Assembly (NCBI GenBank): GCA_963768855.1
Contig: CAVYJM010000006.1
Location: 480,001 to 544,000 of the forward strand
Length of the DNA: 64,000 nt
Origin: an uncultured Thermoplasmata archaeon
GTDB taxonomy: Archaea > Thermoplasmatota > Thermoplasmata > RBG-16-68-12
Direction: 5' to 3'
In this document: positions 44,201-52,779 of the stretch, one piece after another
Position numbering within the stretch: the stretch's first letter is position 1
Layout of the letters: each line of letters begins with the position of its first letter
Notes under the pieces: generated by a model
The model's database searches: none
What the model was told of the DNA's origin: nothing
The model's input: the letters and a program-made list of their open reading frames with translations, nothing else
Translations under genes and position numbers: made by a program

Positions 44201-44378
44201 CATTCAGGGTCACCGTGGCTCCCGCAAGGTAGATGGGCGTCGGTCCGCACTGACTCACCAGGCCGGTGATCTGCGCACTGGAGGCCTGGGCTCTCGCGGG
44301 GAGCAGCGCCATCGCGCTCAGGACGAGCGCTAGGAGCATGAGCACGGCCGCGATTCCTCGGTGACCACGGGGGTTCAT
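41259..44378 (-). CDS. Large secreted cell-surface protein (carboxypeptidase-regulatory-like, PKD and CARDB-like domains, C-terminal TM anchor)
   Basis: Signal peptide ending ARAQA; TTTDGAGVYTF; YAWDFNGD, FNQPGNFNVTLNVTD; many N-x-S/T sequons; TM helix + basic tail. Confidence 0.88.
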   Translation of the reverse strand: MNPRGHRGIAAVLMLLALVLSAMALLPARAQASSAQITGLVSQCGPTPIYLAGATVTLNDANGMLPSLTTTTDGAGVYTFAPPASSYTISVTKSGYYSNNTPLAPQVSPFRFDGSTTATANVCLDAQPASTGVVTFAVSNGATPIGGASISVYDSARLSTPYSALIFTNTTNKTTGQSLANLWTGSFDVRVSANGYELYDVTQTITVSGPTTVSITLTAGVSIVGHALNADGQFVSTGLTGWLYSPSASKSSGSKLIPAFVNGSLFSFSAPPGTYQMIVDANGYTADEQSVTIPTTNPKDVTLQASPQELDHITVAFGARDWNNFTVYRNLTLNPDSMLAGLQPAGLRDLRQQINYTLGTGAGAGTVSAGDVAAFQAWLLRNGPLYVTTDAFLLLNGKSFISSAASYSVSVSNSINTPGERVWINSSATYQLKSTAWIRYGQPNDYLNVTVYPDTNTTVYHNVTYLVELPVDYEMVSDTILPNPSAIATYNYTDITIDPSTTGQAIRMVLQQSTVGIARAKVIGPSGKFSVVNSTYQNYQAFVASNTDISFSAAETSNPPSNDSTRDNFTWRFLANGSSIPNPPNNVRYGIQPSFSFPLAGPYIVNLTAVGSGGNVSYREITIWADGSPPTPDFKTNVTGSGSAVGRSLQMNQGTIIRFDGGLSSDLAYVGKANVIPNSGYAWDFNGDHVVDATGRIVNWTFNQPGNFNVTLNVTDAVGLPGVTNATMTMTVNDTQAPAPGFTILDPTNEYSPTSTLTELRNYTFNASTTTDNYDKLSALNFTWTIPGPVIGMQGTTRPLYGMNITFGWNEWNLSYAVVLTVRDTGFGSNKPNNGTLSQNISVQIDPKLHPDLAIVVDSVKIDNTNPESGQTITVTLNVTNKANHGAANELYVKVTEGTGTQKTDLSTTWSLTDKNGNALTNLTSGSTGTMKITVTVVGQGNKTLTILVADSKEPYTWITSENTAAQEIVVNQPGWVNLAIVVSVLAVFGVVIFAMYYRRKVKAGDWQPRFRRSKGGRDEGGREKPRKEKEAKEEKKRL

Positions 44379-44618
44379 CCGGTTTCTCTCCTATTCAGCA
44401 CTTCATTCCGCTCCCTCCCGAGCCGTCGGGCGGGCGCGGAGGATGCGGCGAATTGAGTGGGGGTATTTAAGAGTGCTGGAATCACACCGGTTGCTCTCCT
44501 TTTGGTACGGCTTTGGAACTCGCCGGGTTTCCTCCCGTTCCGGCACCACCGCGAGGACTCCGCCTGCGTCGTTCGGATGATCTCGTCTCCAGACGAAAGT
44601 TCCTTGGTCCGCGCCCGC

Positions 44619-45896
44619 ATGCGGCGCGCGTTGGCATCGGACTACGTGCTGGTTGCGGCGACCGTCATCTTCGTGGCCACGTACGTGCTCATCTCGATGC
44701 GCAACCTGGGTCGCTTCCCTCTCGACCGGCCCGCGGTCGCCCTCCTGGGGGGCGCCCTCATGCTGGTCGCGGGGATCCTGACGCCCGCCCAGGCGATCGG
44801 CGCGATCAACCTCGACGTGATCCTGCTCCTTGTCGGCATGATGCTCCTCGTCTCCGGGCTCGATGTCTGTGGATTCTTCGATCTCGTGTCAACGTGGATC
44901 GCGCGACACGCGAAGAGCCAGCTGTCGTTCCTCGCAGGGCTCATGGTCGCCGCGGCGTTCCTGTCCGCCCTCGTGCTGAATGATGCGATCGCGCTCCTCA
45001 TGGCTCCCATCGTCGTGCGTAGCGCCCGGTCGCTCAAGGTGCGCCCGGTGCCCTACCTCGTCGCCCTTGCGCTCGCCGCGAACATCGGGAGCGTGGCCAC
45101 GGAGATCGGGAATCCCCAGAACGCGTACATCGCGATCGCGTCGGGCATCCCCTTCCTCGAGTTCACGGCCACCTTGCTCCCGGTCATGCTCGTCTGCCTC
45201 GGACTTTCGATCGGGATCGTCTGGCTCGCCTTCCGCAAGGATCTCGCCGCGCCCCTCTCCCGCGGGGCCGCACTCCCTCCGATCCGGCTCCAGCGGAACG
45301 GGCTCACGGTCACCCTGGGGATCGGCCTGGGCGTGGTGGCCGGGTTCTTCCTCTCGACGCCGCCGTGGCTTCCCCTCATCGCGATTGCCGGCGGCGCCTT
45401 CGTCCTCTTCTTCCTCCCGTTCGTCTCGACGACGAGCGCGCGCCTCCTGGTCGCCAAGGTGGACTGGACGATCGTCCTCTTCTTCGTCGGCCTCTTCGTC
45501 CTCCTCGAGGGCGTCCAGGTGTCGGGCCTCTCCGCCGGGATCCAGTCGGGGTTCACGATGGCTTTCGGTGGCCAGACCGGCGGCCTCGGATGGCTCACCG
45601 GCCTGTCCGCGCTTCTCTCGAACCTCATCAGCAACGTCCCCGCGGTCCTCCTGCTCGCGCAGGTCGTCCAGGGCGCCGGGGGCTCCCACCTGCTCTGGCT
45701 CGCCCTCGCCTCGAGCTCCACCCTTGCGGGGAACGCGACGATCCTCGGAGCCGCCTGCAACGTGATCGTGGTGCAGATCGCGAACCGCGAGGGCGTCGAG
45801 GTCTCCATGAAGGAATTCGTGAAGGCGGGGCTCCCCGTGACCCTGGCCACCCTCGCCGTCTCCACGCTCCTCCTGGCCCTCTTCGTGCCCGCATGA
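44619..45896 (+). CDS. ArsB/NhaD-family (SLC13-like) anion permease
   Basis: DRPAVALLG, SALVLNDAIAL, ANIGSVATEIGNPQN, SNLISNVPAVL, STLAGNATILGAACN. Confidence 0.9.
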   Translation: MRRALASDYVLVAATVIFVATYVLISMRNLGRFPLDRPAVALLGGALMLVAGILTPAQAIGAINLDVILLLVGMMLLVSGLDVCGFFDLVSTWIARHAKSQLSFLAGLMVAAAFLSALVLNDAIALLMAPIVVRSARSLKVRPVPYLVALALAANIGSVATEIGNPQNAYIAIASGIPFLEFTATLLPVMLVCLGLSIGIVWLAFRKDLAAPLSRGAALPPIRLQRNGLTVTLGIGLGVVAGFFLSTPPWLPLIAIAGGAFVLFFLPFVSTTSARLLVAKVDWTIVLFFVGLFVLLEGVQVSGLSAGIQSGFTMAFGGQTGGLGWLTGLSALLSNLISNVPAVLLLAQVVQGAGGSHLLWLALASSSTLAGNATILGAACNVIVVQIANREGVEVSMKEFVKAGLPVTLATLAVSTLLLALFVPA

Positions 45897-45941
45897 GGCT
45901 CCTCCGAGGCTTTATCCCTCATCCCGCCGCTCCGTGTCCGG

Positions 45942-46610
45942 ATGGTCCGAGAGCCCGACTTCCGTCCGGAGCGGACGCGCCTGGTGGACGACCTCTTGCG
46001 CGTGCGGGACATCCGCAGCGCCGCGGTGCGGGACGCGTTCCTCCGGGTGCCCCGGGAGGCGTTCGTGCCGGAGGAGCACCGCCAGGACGCGTACGAGGAC
46101 GTGCCGCTCCCGATCGGGGAGGGTCAGACCATCTCCGCTCCTTCCATGATCGCGATCATGCTGGAGGAAGCCGCTCTCCGAGAAGGGGAGCATGTGCTCG
46201 AGATTGGGACGGGGTCCGGCTACCATGCGGCCCTCCTGGCGTGTCTCGTCGGGGCCGAGAACGTGGTCACGATCGAGCGGATTCCCCGCCTAGCGGCCTG
46301 GGGCGGCTCCAACCTGGCACGCGCGGGGTTCGGCGGCGTGAGCGTGGTCACGGGAGACGGGAGCCTCGGGTATCCCCCGCGCGCCCCCTACGACGCGATC
46401 CTGGCGACGGCCGGGGCGCCCCGGCTGCCCGCCGCATGGACGACCCAGCTCACGGATTGCGGCCGCATCCTGGCTCCGGTGGGCGATTCGAGGTACACGC
46501 AAGACCTCCTCATCGCGCGGCGACGGGCCGACGGAGGCCTGGACATCCGTCGCGGCACCCCGTGCGCGTTCGTTCCACTGATCGGGGAGCAGGCGTGGTC
46601 CGGTGCCTGA
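45942..46610 (+). CDS. pcm: Protein-L-isoaspartate O-methyltransferase
   Basis: VPREAFV, AYED.PLPIGEGQTISAP, VLEIGTGSGYHAA, GDGSLG...APYDAI, FVPLIG. Confidence 0.96.
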   Translation: MVREPDFRPERTRLVDDLLRVRDIRSAAVRDAFLRVPREAFVPEEHRQDAYEDVPLPIGEGQTISAPSMIAIMLEEAALREGEHVLEIGTGSGYHAALLACLVGAENVVTIERIPRLAAWGGSNLARAGFGGVSVVTGDGSLGYPPRAPYDAILATAGAPRLPAAWTTQLTDCGRILAPVGDSRYTQDLLIARRRADGGLDIRRGTPCAFVPLIGEQAWSGA

Positions 46611-46611
46611 G

Positions 46612-46971
46612 TCACAGCACCGCAGGCGGGTGGCTCCACGCCTCGTCCGGGAGCGTCTGGTAGAGCTGGTCCTCGGTCGGGGCCGCTTCTCCGCGGGTAA
46701 GACGTTCCAGCACCTTCTCGTCGAGCTGCCAGTAGAAGATGCGCCAGTGGCGGCCGTCCAGGAGCGGCACGGTCTCCCAGTAGCTGTGCAGGATGCCGGC
46801 CTCCTGGAGGGCATAGAGGAGCTTGCGGTCCTGCGGCTCCACGGCGTTATCGATGATCGTGTCCTCGAACCCGAAGTAGTTCATCACGATGCGCGCTTCC
46901 TCGAGCGCCTCATCGGGGGCGCGTGCGAGTCGCTTCTCAATCCCGGCTGCAAGCTTCCTGACGGTGATCAT
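46612..46971 (-). CDS. DUF6015-like Thermoplasmata protein
   Basis: MNYFGFEDTIIDN..EP.DR..LY.L...GIL....E...L.DGR.WRIFYW resembles the family as recalled. Confidence 0.7.
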   Translation of the reverse strand: MITVRKLAAGIEKRLARAPDEALEEARIVMNYFGFEDTIIDNAVEPQDRKLLYALQEAGILHSYWETVPLLDGRHWRIFYWQLDEKVLERLTRGEAAPTEDQLYQTLPDEAWSHPPAVL

Positions 46972-47171
46972 TTCCCCTCGCTCAAGTTCTTCAGTGTCTA
47001 TTGCGGTTCCGTCGATATTAATAGTTGGCCCGGAAGCACGGAGCGTGCCTAACGGTACCGCGCAATCGGGCTCCTCGGCGCCCCTTTCGGTACTACGATT
47101 ATCGATAGCGACTTTCGAGGACTGAGGCTTAAGTAGTCACTCGGGCGTGTTTTCCAGGCGAGGAGACCTGC

Positions 47172-47333
47172 ATGAAGCGCAAGTCCGGAAAAGCGATGGT
47201 GGACTTTGACAAGAAGGTCAGTGTCATCCATTTCAACGTCGGCTCGGGGTACCTGACGTACCTCGAGGAGGAGACGCCCGATGGCGCTCCGCGGCTGAAG
47301 TCCATCACGATCCCGAAGGACGAGACGGACTGA
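47172..47333 (+). CDS. Small hypothetical protein (53 aa), not in the ORF track
   Basis: AGGAG SD 6 nt before ATG, CTTAAGTA TATA upstream, coding-like codons: MKRKSGKAMVDFDKKVSVIHFNVGSGYLTYLEEETPDGAPRLKSITIPKDETD. Confidence 0.55.
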   Translation: MKRKSGKAMVDFDKKVSVIHFNVGSGYLTYLEEETPDGAPRLKSITIPKDETD

Positions 47334-47372
47334 GTGCGAACCTTTTATCGACACGTAGCGGTTCCTCCAGCG

Positions 47373-47729
47373 ATGGCGTTCCCTCCCGAGGATGAGGTCC
47401 CCGTGGAGGAGGCCCCACCCGTCCGCCCCGAGCTCCGGCTCATCGAGGCCTCGGACGCTCGGGAGCGGCGGTGCGCGGATTGCGGCAAGCCGAGCGCGAC
47501 CTGGAAACCCGTCCACCGCAAGGGGGTGGCCGTCATCCTCTGCGCCGAGTGCGCGGCGAGGCCGCAGCCCGAGGAGGGCGGCTGCCCCCAGTGCGGCGCG
47601 CGGCTCGGCCCCCGCGACACCTTCTGCGGCCGTTGCGGCACGCGGATCGAATACGAGTGCCCGCAGTGCGGCGGCGCCCTCGATCTCGAGGACGCCTTCT
47701 GCGGGAAGTGCGGGACGCGGCTGGGCTGA
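47373..47729 (+). CDS. Multi zinc-ribbon (DZR-like) protein
   Basis: Six CxxC motifs (CADC, CAEC, CPQC, CGRC, CPQC, CGKC); TTTTATC TATA upstream. Confidence 0.85.
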   Translation: MAFPPEDEVPVEEAPPVRPELRLIEASDARERRCADCGKPSATWKPVHRKGVAVILCAECAARPQPEEGGCPQCGARLGPRDTFCGRCGTRIEYECPQCGGALDLEDAFCGKCGTRLG

Positions 47730-47739
47730 AGCGGAGAAG

Positions 47740-47811
47740 TGGACCGGGTGGGATTTGAACCCACGGCTTCCGCCTTGCGAAGGCGGCGATCTTCCGCTGA
47801 TCTACCGGCCC
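47740..47811 (-). tRNA. tRNA-Ala(CGC)
   Basis: 72-nt cloverleaf: GGGCCGG/CCGGTCC acceptor, CCGCC-TTCGCAA-GGCGG anticodon arm, GGTTCAAATCC T arm; no encoded CCA. Confidence 0.97.
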
Positions 47812-47928
47812 AGCGAGGCGCCACAAAGGGCCGGTCCGCAAATAGGTTTCGCTCCCGTCGGACCTCCAGTGAGACGAGGGGCCAAGGGTCTAATAGCGCC
47901 CTCGCCTAACGCGCCCCCGAAGGCCATT

Positions 47929-49164
47929 ATGGTCCTGCGAATCTACAACACCCGCTCCCGGCGCAAGGAGCCCTTCGAGCCACGCGAGGGCCGTCAGGTT
48001 CGCATGTACGTGTGCGGACCGACGACATACGATTACAGCCACCTCGGCCACGCGAAGTCCTACGTGAGCTTCGACACGGTCCGCCGGTACCTCGAGTCCC
48101 TCAATTACCGCGTCACCCTGGTCCAGAACTTTACGGACATCGAGGAGGTCATCATCCGCCGCGCGGCCCAGGCGGGGAAGCCACCCCTCGACTACGCGCA
48201 GTTCTACATCGACGCGTTCCTCGAGGACATGCGCGCGCTGAACGTCTCCGCCGCGACGCACTACCCCAAGGTCTCCGAACACATCCTCGAGATCCAGACG
48301 CTCATCGCCCTCCTGGTCGACCGGGGCTTCGCATACCCGGTCGACGGCGACGTGTACTTTCGCACGCGCAAGGCGAAGCGATCCTTCGGGATCCTCACCC
48401 ACCAGAGATTCGAGGACGTCGTCGTGGATCCGCTCCCGCCCGGGAGCAAGCGGGAGGACCCGCTCGACTTCGCCCTCTGGAAGGCGTCCAAGGAGGGTGA
48501 GCCCGCGTGGCCCAGCCCCTGGGGTGACGGCCGTCCGGGGTGGCACGTCGAGTGCAACGCGATGGCGTTCAAGTATCTTGGAGCGCCGCTCGACATCCAC
48601 GGGGGAGGCTCGGACCTCAAGTTCCCGCACCACGAGAGCGAAGCGATGATCTGCGAGGGCGCCTGGGGCGTCGAGTGGACGCGGACCTGGATGCACAACG
48701 GCTTCCTGACGCTCGAGCAGGACAAGATGTCCAAGAGCCTCGGCAACTTCGTCACGATCCGCTCGGTCCTCGCCGAGTATCCTGGCGAGGTCGTGCGGCT
48801 CTGCCTGCTGAAGGCCCACTACCGTGAGGACGTCGAGTACGACAAAGACTGCTTCCACCGCACCCACGAGGAGTATGATGCGATGCGCGCCGCGATCCGC
48901 GTCGCCTCGGCCGCGCACGGCGCCGGGACGGATGGAGAGGTCGCGGCGCTCCTGGAGACGACACGGGTCGGCTTCCTCGCTGCGATGGACGACGACTTCA
49001 ACACACCCGATGCGGTCTATCGCCTCATGCAGATGACCGAGGCCCTCGCGCAGCTCGATGCAGTCTCTGTCGACGAGGGCCGGAGGATCGTCGCGCTCTA
49101 CCGGGAACTCGGTCACATCTTGGGCCTGTTCTCCGACCTGCGCCCGGATCCGCGCTCGGCGTGA
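47929..49164 (+). CDS. cysS: Cysteine--tRNA ligase-like protein lacking the C-terminal anticodon-binding domain (411 aa)
   Basis: MYVCGPTTYD..HLGH, DFALWK, GRPGWHVEC, DIHGGGSDLKFPHHE, KMSKSLGN, MDDDFNT. Confidence 0.85.
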   Translation: MVLRIYNTRSRRKEPFEPREGRQVRMYVCGPTTYDYSHLGHAKSYVSFDTVRRYLESLNYRVTLVQNFTDIEEVIIRRAAQAGKPPLDYAQFYIDAFLEDMRALNVSAATHYPKVSEHILEIQTLIALLVDRGFAYPVDGDVYFRTRKAKRSFGILTHQRFEDVVVDPLPPGSKREDPLDFALWKASKEGEPAWPSPWGDGRPGWHVECNAMAFKYLGAPLDIHGGGSDLKFPHHESEAMICEGAWGVEWTRTWMHNGFLTLEQDKMSKSLGNFVTIRSVLAEYPGEVVRLCLLKAHYREDVEYDKDCFHRTHEEYDAMRAAIRVASAAHGAGTDGEVAALLETTRVGFLAAMDDDFNTPDAVYRLMQMTEALAQLDAVSVDEGRRIVALYRELGHILGLFSDLRPDPRSA

Positions 49165-49252
49165 GCCCGGCTCCTTCTCCCGAGGCAGAGGCCGACCCCA
49201 AAACCCTTTTATGAATGGCCCGCATCAGCGCGTACCCCGCGGGAGATCCCTC

Positions 49253-49642
49253 ATGGCTGAGTTCAAGGCGATCATCGCCGACACGAAGAGCGGCAAGACG
49301 TACAAGCACGACATCACGGGCCACTACGCGAACGCGCTCGTGGGGAAGAAGATCGGCGACGAGGTCGATGGCCTGTATGTCGGCCTGCCGGGATACAAGC
49401 TCCAGGTAACGGGCGGGAGCGACAAGGACGGATTCCCCATGCGTTCGGACCTGCCGGGCCCGCGGCGCAAGCGCCTCCTCGTGAGCGGGGGCGTGGGCTT
49501 CCACCCCCCGAGGCCGGGCATGCGCAAGAAGAAGACCGTGCGCGGGAACACGATCTCCCCGGACATCCTTCAGCTCAACCTGAAGATCGTCCTGCGCGGC
49601 CCCAAGTCGATCGAGGACGCGTGGAAGGAGCAGGCGCGATGA
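49253..49642 (+). CDS. rps6e: 30S ribosomal protein S6e
   Basis: [41 protein letters not shown]. Confidence 0.96.
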   Translation: MAEFKAIIADTKSGKTYKHDITGHYANALVGKKIGDEVDGLYVGLPGYKLQVTGGSDKDGFPMRSDLPGPRRKRLLVSGGVGFHPPRPGMRKKKTVRGNTISPDILQLNLKIVLRGPKSIEDAWKEQAR

Positions 49643-50871
49643 AAGTCCCGGGCCAGCCGGAGGTCAACATCGGCGTCGTCGGTCATGTGGACCATGGCAA
49701 GTCGACCCTGACGGAACGGCTGACCGGGGAACGCACCGACCGACATTCCGAGGAGATCAAGCGCGGCATCTCGATCCGCCTCGGCTATGCCGACATGGCG
49801 ATCTACAAGTGTCCCCAGTGCGAGGAGCCCGTGTGCTATTCGACCACGGAGGCGTGCAAGATTCACAACGTCAAAGGACAGCTCCTCCGCATCGTCTCCT
49901 TCGTGGACTCGCCGGGCCACGAGACGCTCATGGCGACGATGCTGAGCGGCGCGGCGCTCATGGACGGCGCGCTCCTCGTGATCGCCGCGAACGAGAAGTG
50001 CCCCCAGCCCCAGACGAAGGAGCACCTCATGGCCCTGGGGATCATCGGCGTGGACAAGATCATCATCGTCCAGAACAAGATCGACATCGTCGACCCGAAG
50101 CAGGCGGAGGAGAACTACCGCCAGATCGAGGCGTTCGTCAAGGGGACCGTGGCGGAGAAGGCGCCGATCCTTCCCGTGAGCGCCCACCACGAGGTCAACC
50201 TGGACGTCCTCCTCATGCTCCTCTACCAGACGATTCCGCCGCGGCCTCACGACGAGATGAAGCCTCCGAAGATGTACGTCGCCCGGTCGTTCGACATCAA
50301 CCAGCCGGGCATCCTGCCGGAGAAGATCGTGGGCGGCGTCCTCGGTGGCAGCCTCATGCAGGGCCGCCTCCGAGTGGGGGACGAGATCGAAATCTCCCCC
50401 GGGCGGCAGGTGACGCTCGGCAACAAGACCGAGTGGAAGAACATCACGACCGAGGTGCGGAGCCTCCACTCGGGCGGCGCCCCGCGCAAGGAGGCCCGCC
50501 CGGGCGGCCTCATCGCGATTGGCACGAACCTGGATCCCGTCTTGACGAAGGCGGACGGCCTCGTCGGGCGGGTCGTCGGGAAGCCCGGCACCCTCCCTGA
50601 GATCGTGGCCAAGATGTCCGTCGAGGTGCACCTCCTGGAGCGCGTGGTCGGGACGGAGGAAGAGTTGAGCGTGGAGGGCATCAAGACCTCCGAGCCGCTG
50701 ATGATCTCCGTGGGCACGGCGACCACCGTGGGCGTCGTGACGTCCGCGCGGGAGAGCTTCGCGGACATGACCCTGAAGATCCCTGTCGTTGCTGATCCGG
50801 GCCAGCGGGTCGCGGTCTCCCGCCGGATCGGGGGCAAGTGGCGGCTCATCGGCTACGGCGTGATTCGCTGA
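49639..50871 (+). CDS. eif2g: Translation initiation factor aIF-2 gamma
   Basis: [52 protein letters not shown]. Confidence 0.98.
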   Translation: MKVPGQPEVNIGVVGHVDHGKSTLTERLTGERTDRHSEEIKRGISIRLGYADMAIYKCPQCEEPVCYSTTEACKIHNVKGQLLRIVSFVDSPGHETLMATMLSGAALMDGALLVIAANEKCPQPQTKEHLMALGIIGVDKIIIVQNKIDIVDPKQAEENYRQIEAFVKGTVAEKAPILPVSAHHEVNLDVLLMLLYQTIPPRPHDEMKPPKMYVARSFDINQPGILPEKIVGGVLGGSLMQGRLRVGDEIEISPGRQVTLGNKTEWKNITTEVRSLHSGGAPRKEARPGGLIAIGTNLDPVLTKADGLVGRVVGKPGTLPEIVAKMSVEVHLLERVVGTEEELSVEGIKTSEPLMISVGTATTVGVVTSARESFADMTLKIPVVADPGQRVAVSRRIGGKWRLIGYGVIR

Positions 50872-50942
50872 TATCGGATTCGAATACCACCCGTGATAGG
50901 CGGGGCGGCTCCCTTAAGAGCGCCCACGCGCACGCAGATGCA

Positions 50943-51061
50943 GAAGGCGGGTAGAGATAGGTCGGCTCTCCGTGGCAGACGCATCGTCGTCCTGCTCTGG
51001 AATCAGACCTTGGAGGCCGCGCTCGACAGGAATACCCGGAAGGGATTGCCTGCCCGCCTTC
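50943..51061 (+). ncRNA. Candidate structured RNA (unassigned family)
   Basis: 12-bp terminal helix enclosing several hairpins, including a GGAA-capped stem; TTAAG box about 25 nt upstream; hand-folded only. Confidence 0.35.
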
Positions 51062-51209
51062 CGAACCCTAACCTGCTGGAAACCACGCCCCGCGACGAAG
51101 AGTCATCTCCGGGTCCTTTGCTGACATTGTGGCGCGCTTACCGTCCCGCCGTTCTTCGTTTCGAGCTTAGGTCCTTATCCCGGCACACGAATGCGGGAGG
51201 GGCGATGTC

Positions 51210-51314
51210 GTGGCCCGTATCTCGGAGAACATGAAGTACGTCACTCTTTTCCTCGTGCTGAGCGTCGTCGCGTCGCTCCTCCTGTTCATCCCCGGCTGGC
51301 TCTTCCCTCCCTGA
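51210..51314 (+). CDS. Small single-TM protein (34 aa, or 27 aa from ATG 51231), not in the ORF track
   Basis: MARISENMKYVTLFLVLSVVASLLLFIPGWLFPP; GGAGG/GGAG SD candidates; clean hydrophobic helix. Confidence 0.55.
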   Translation: MARISENMKYVTLFLVLSVVASLLLFIPGWLFPP

Positions 51315-51461
51315 GGGACGAGCGACCCGTCCCAGCACCGCCCTTATGGCTGCTCGCGGCCGACGGGGCAGGGCACCGTCGCCTCGTTCGCCGTGCCGCT
51401 CGTTGGCCCCGTCCCCGGGCCCTCCCCCGGCCGTCAGGTCTCAGGTGTCGCGTCTTTTCCA

Positions 51462-51476
51462 GGGGGGGGGGGGGGG
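51462..51476 (+). repeat. G15 homopolymer
   Basis: 15 consecutive G in an intergenic region. Confidence 0.9.
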
Positions 51477-51662
51477 TAGAATCTAGGTTGGATGGCTTCT
51501 GTCCCAACTTTGCACCGCACTTTGTGGGGTTCCGCGTAGTAGAACGGGAAAACGGGAGGACTTCAAGCACGCTCGCACGGCAACGGGGTCGAGCTTGGTT
51601 TGCAGTTCTCTGGACTGCGGTCGATATCGAGAAATAAGGACTGATCCCTTGGCCAGCCGCCC

Positions 51663-52697
51663 ATGCGTGTCCTCCATCGGGATCCGCGGACCGGGGAGAT
51701 CAAGCTCCGGGTCGAGAACGCGGACGACCTCTGGCACCTGAGCAACCTCGTGCAGCCGGGAGATCAGGTGCGCGCCTCGACGTACCGCCGCGAGGAATCG
51801 AAAACGGACAAGATCCGCCCCGAGAAGGCGGAGAAGGTCCGCGTCACGATCACCCTGCGCGTCGAGAAGACGGAGTTCCAGGCGTTCTCGGACCGCCTTC
51901 GCATCAGCGGGGTGATCGTCGAAGCGCCGCAGGACCTCGGGCGGCATCACACGCTGAACGTCGCGGTCGATGACGTCCTCTCGATCATCAAGACGTGGAA
52001 ACGCCACGAGCTGCAGCGGATCGACGAGGCCGTGGCCGCGACGCAGAAACCGCTCGTCACGTTCCTGAGCCTGGACGACGAGGAGGCCCTCGTGGCGCAG
52101 CTCCGCCAGTACGGTGTGCAGGAGCTCGCGACGATCCACGCGCCGGGCCACGGCAAGATGTTCGACACGGGGGACGCCGTGACCGCGTATTTTGAAGACA
52201 TCCTTGAGAAGCTGAAGACAACCCCGCTCGGCGAGGCGCTCGTCCTCGTGGGCCCGGGTTTTACGAGGGAGGGCTTCCTGTCCTTCCTCCAGGCCCATGA
52301 TCCCGCCCTCGCGACGAAGGTCCACATGCAGGGCACCTCCCAGCCCGGGATGCGGGGGATCCAAGAGGCCTTGCGGTCCGGGATGGGGACAAAGCTCTTC
52401 GCGGACAGCCGCGTCGCCCTCGAGACCCGGCTCGTGGAGAAGGTCCTCGAAGGGATCGCGACGAACCGCCCCGTCGCATACGGCCGCAAGGAGGTCGAGG
52501 AGGCAATCGAGGCGGGTGCGGCGGAGACACTCCTCGTGAGCGACTCCGCCGTTCGCGACCTCGGGATCGAGCGGATGATGCACGACGCGGAATCCGCCCG
52601 GGGGACCGTGGTCCTCGTGAGCCCGCATCACGAGGCGGGCGCGAAGCTCGAGGGACTCGGAGGAATCGCGGCCCTGCTGCGGTTCCCGATCCGGTGA
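51663..52697 (+). CDS. pelA: Pelota / aDom34 ribosome rescue factor
   Basis: VENADDLWHLSNL, FSDRLRISGVI, GRHHTLN, LVGPGF, AYGRKEV, GLGGIAALLRF. Confidence 0.96.
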   Translation: MRVLHRDPRTGEIKLRVENADDLWHLSNLVQPGDQVRASTYRREESKTDKIRPEKAEKVRVTITLRVEKTEFQAFSDRLRISGVIVEAPQDLGRHHTLNVAVDDVLSIIKTWKRHELQRIDEAVAATQKPLVTFLSLDDEEALVAQLRQYGVQELATIHAPGHGKMFDTGDAVTAYFEDILEKLKTTPLGEALVLVGPGFTREGFLSFLQAHDPALATKVHMQGTSQPGMRGIQEALRSGMGTKLFADSRVALETRLVEKVLEGIATNRPVAYGRKEVEEAIEAGAAETLLVSDSAVRDLGIERMMHDAESARGTVVLVSPHHEAGAKLEGLGGIAALLRFPIR

Positions 52698-52779
52698 GTT
52701 AGCGGCCTGTCGGATCGCGTCTCCCTTCGATCGGGAACGCGAACGGGGCGTAAACCGGGTCGCCTTCTCGCCAGGTCGG

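Noticed and set aside
46975-47811. Integrated element at tRNA-Ala
   Set aside because: No duplicated tRNA 3' end (att) and no integrase in the window
51040-51080. Guanidine-I (ykkC) riboswitch-like GGTTAGGGTTC on the minus strand
   Set aside because: The downstream conserved elements and spacing do not match, and no suitable gene lies downstream
50893-51234. 113-aa ORF after eif2g (possible PIN-domain gene position)
   Set aside because: No PIN acidic motifs and non-coding-like codon usage; the region is better explained as structured RNA
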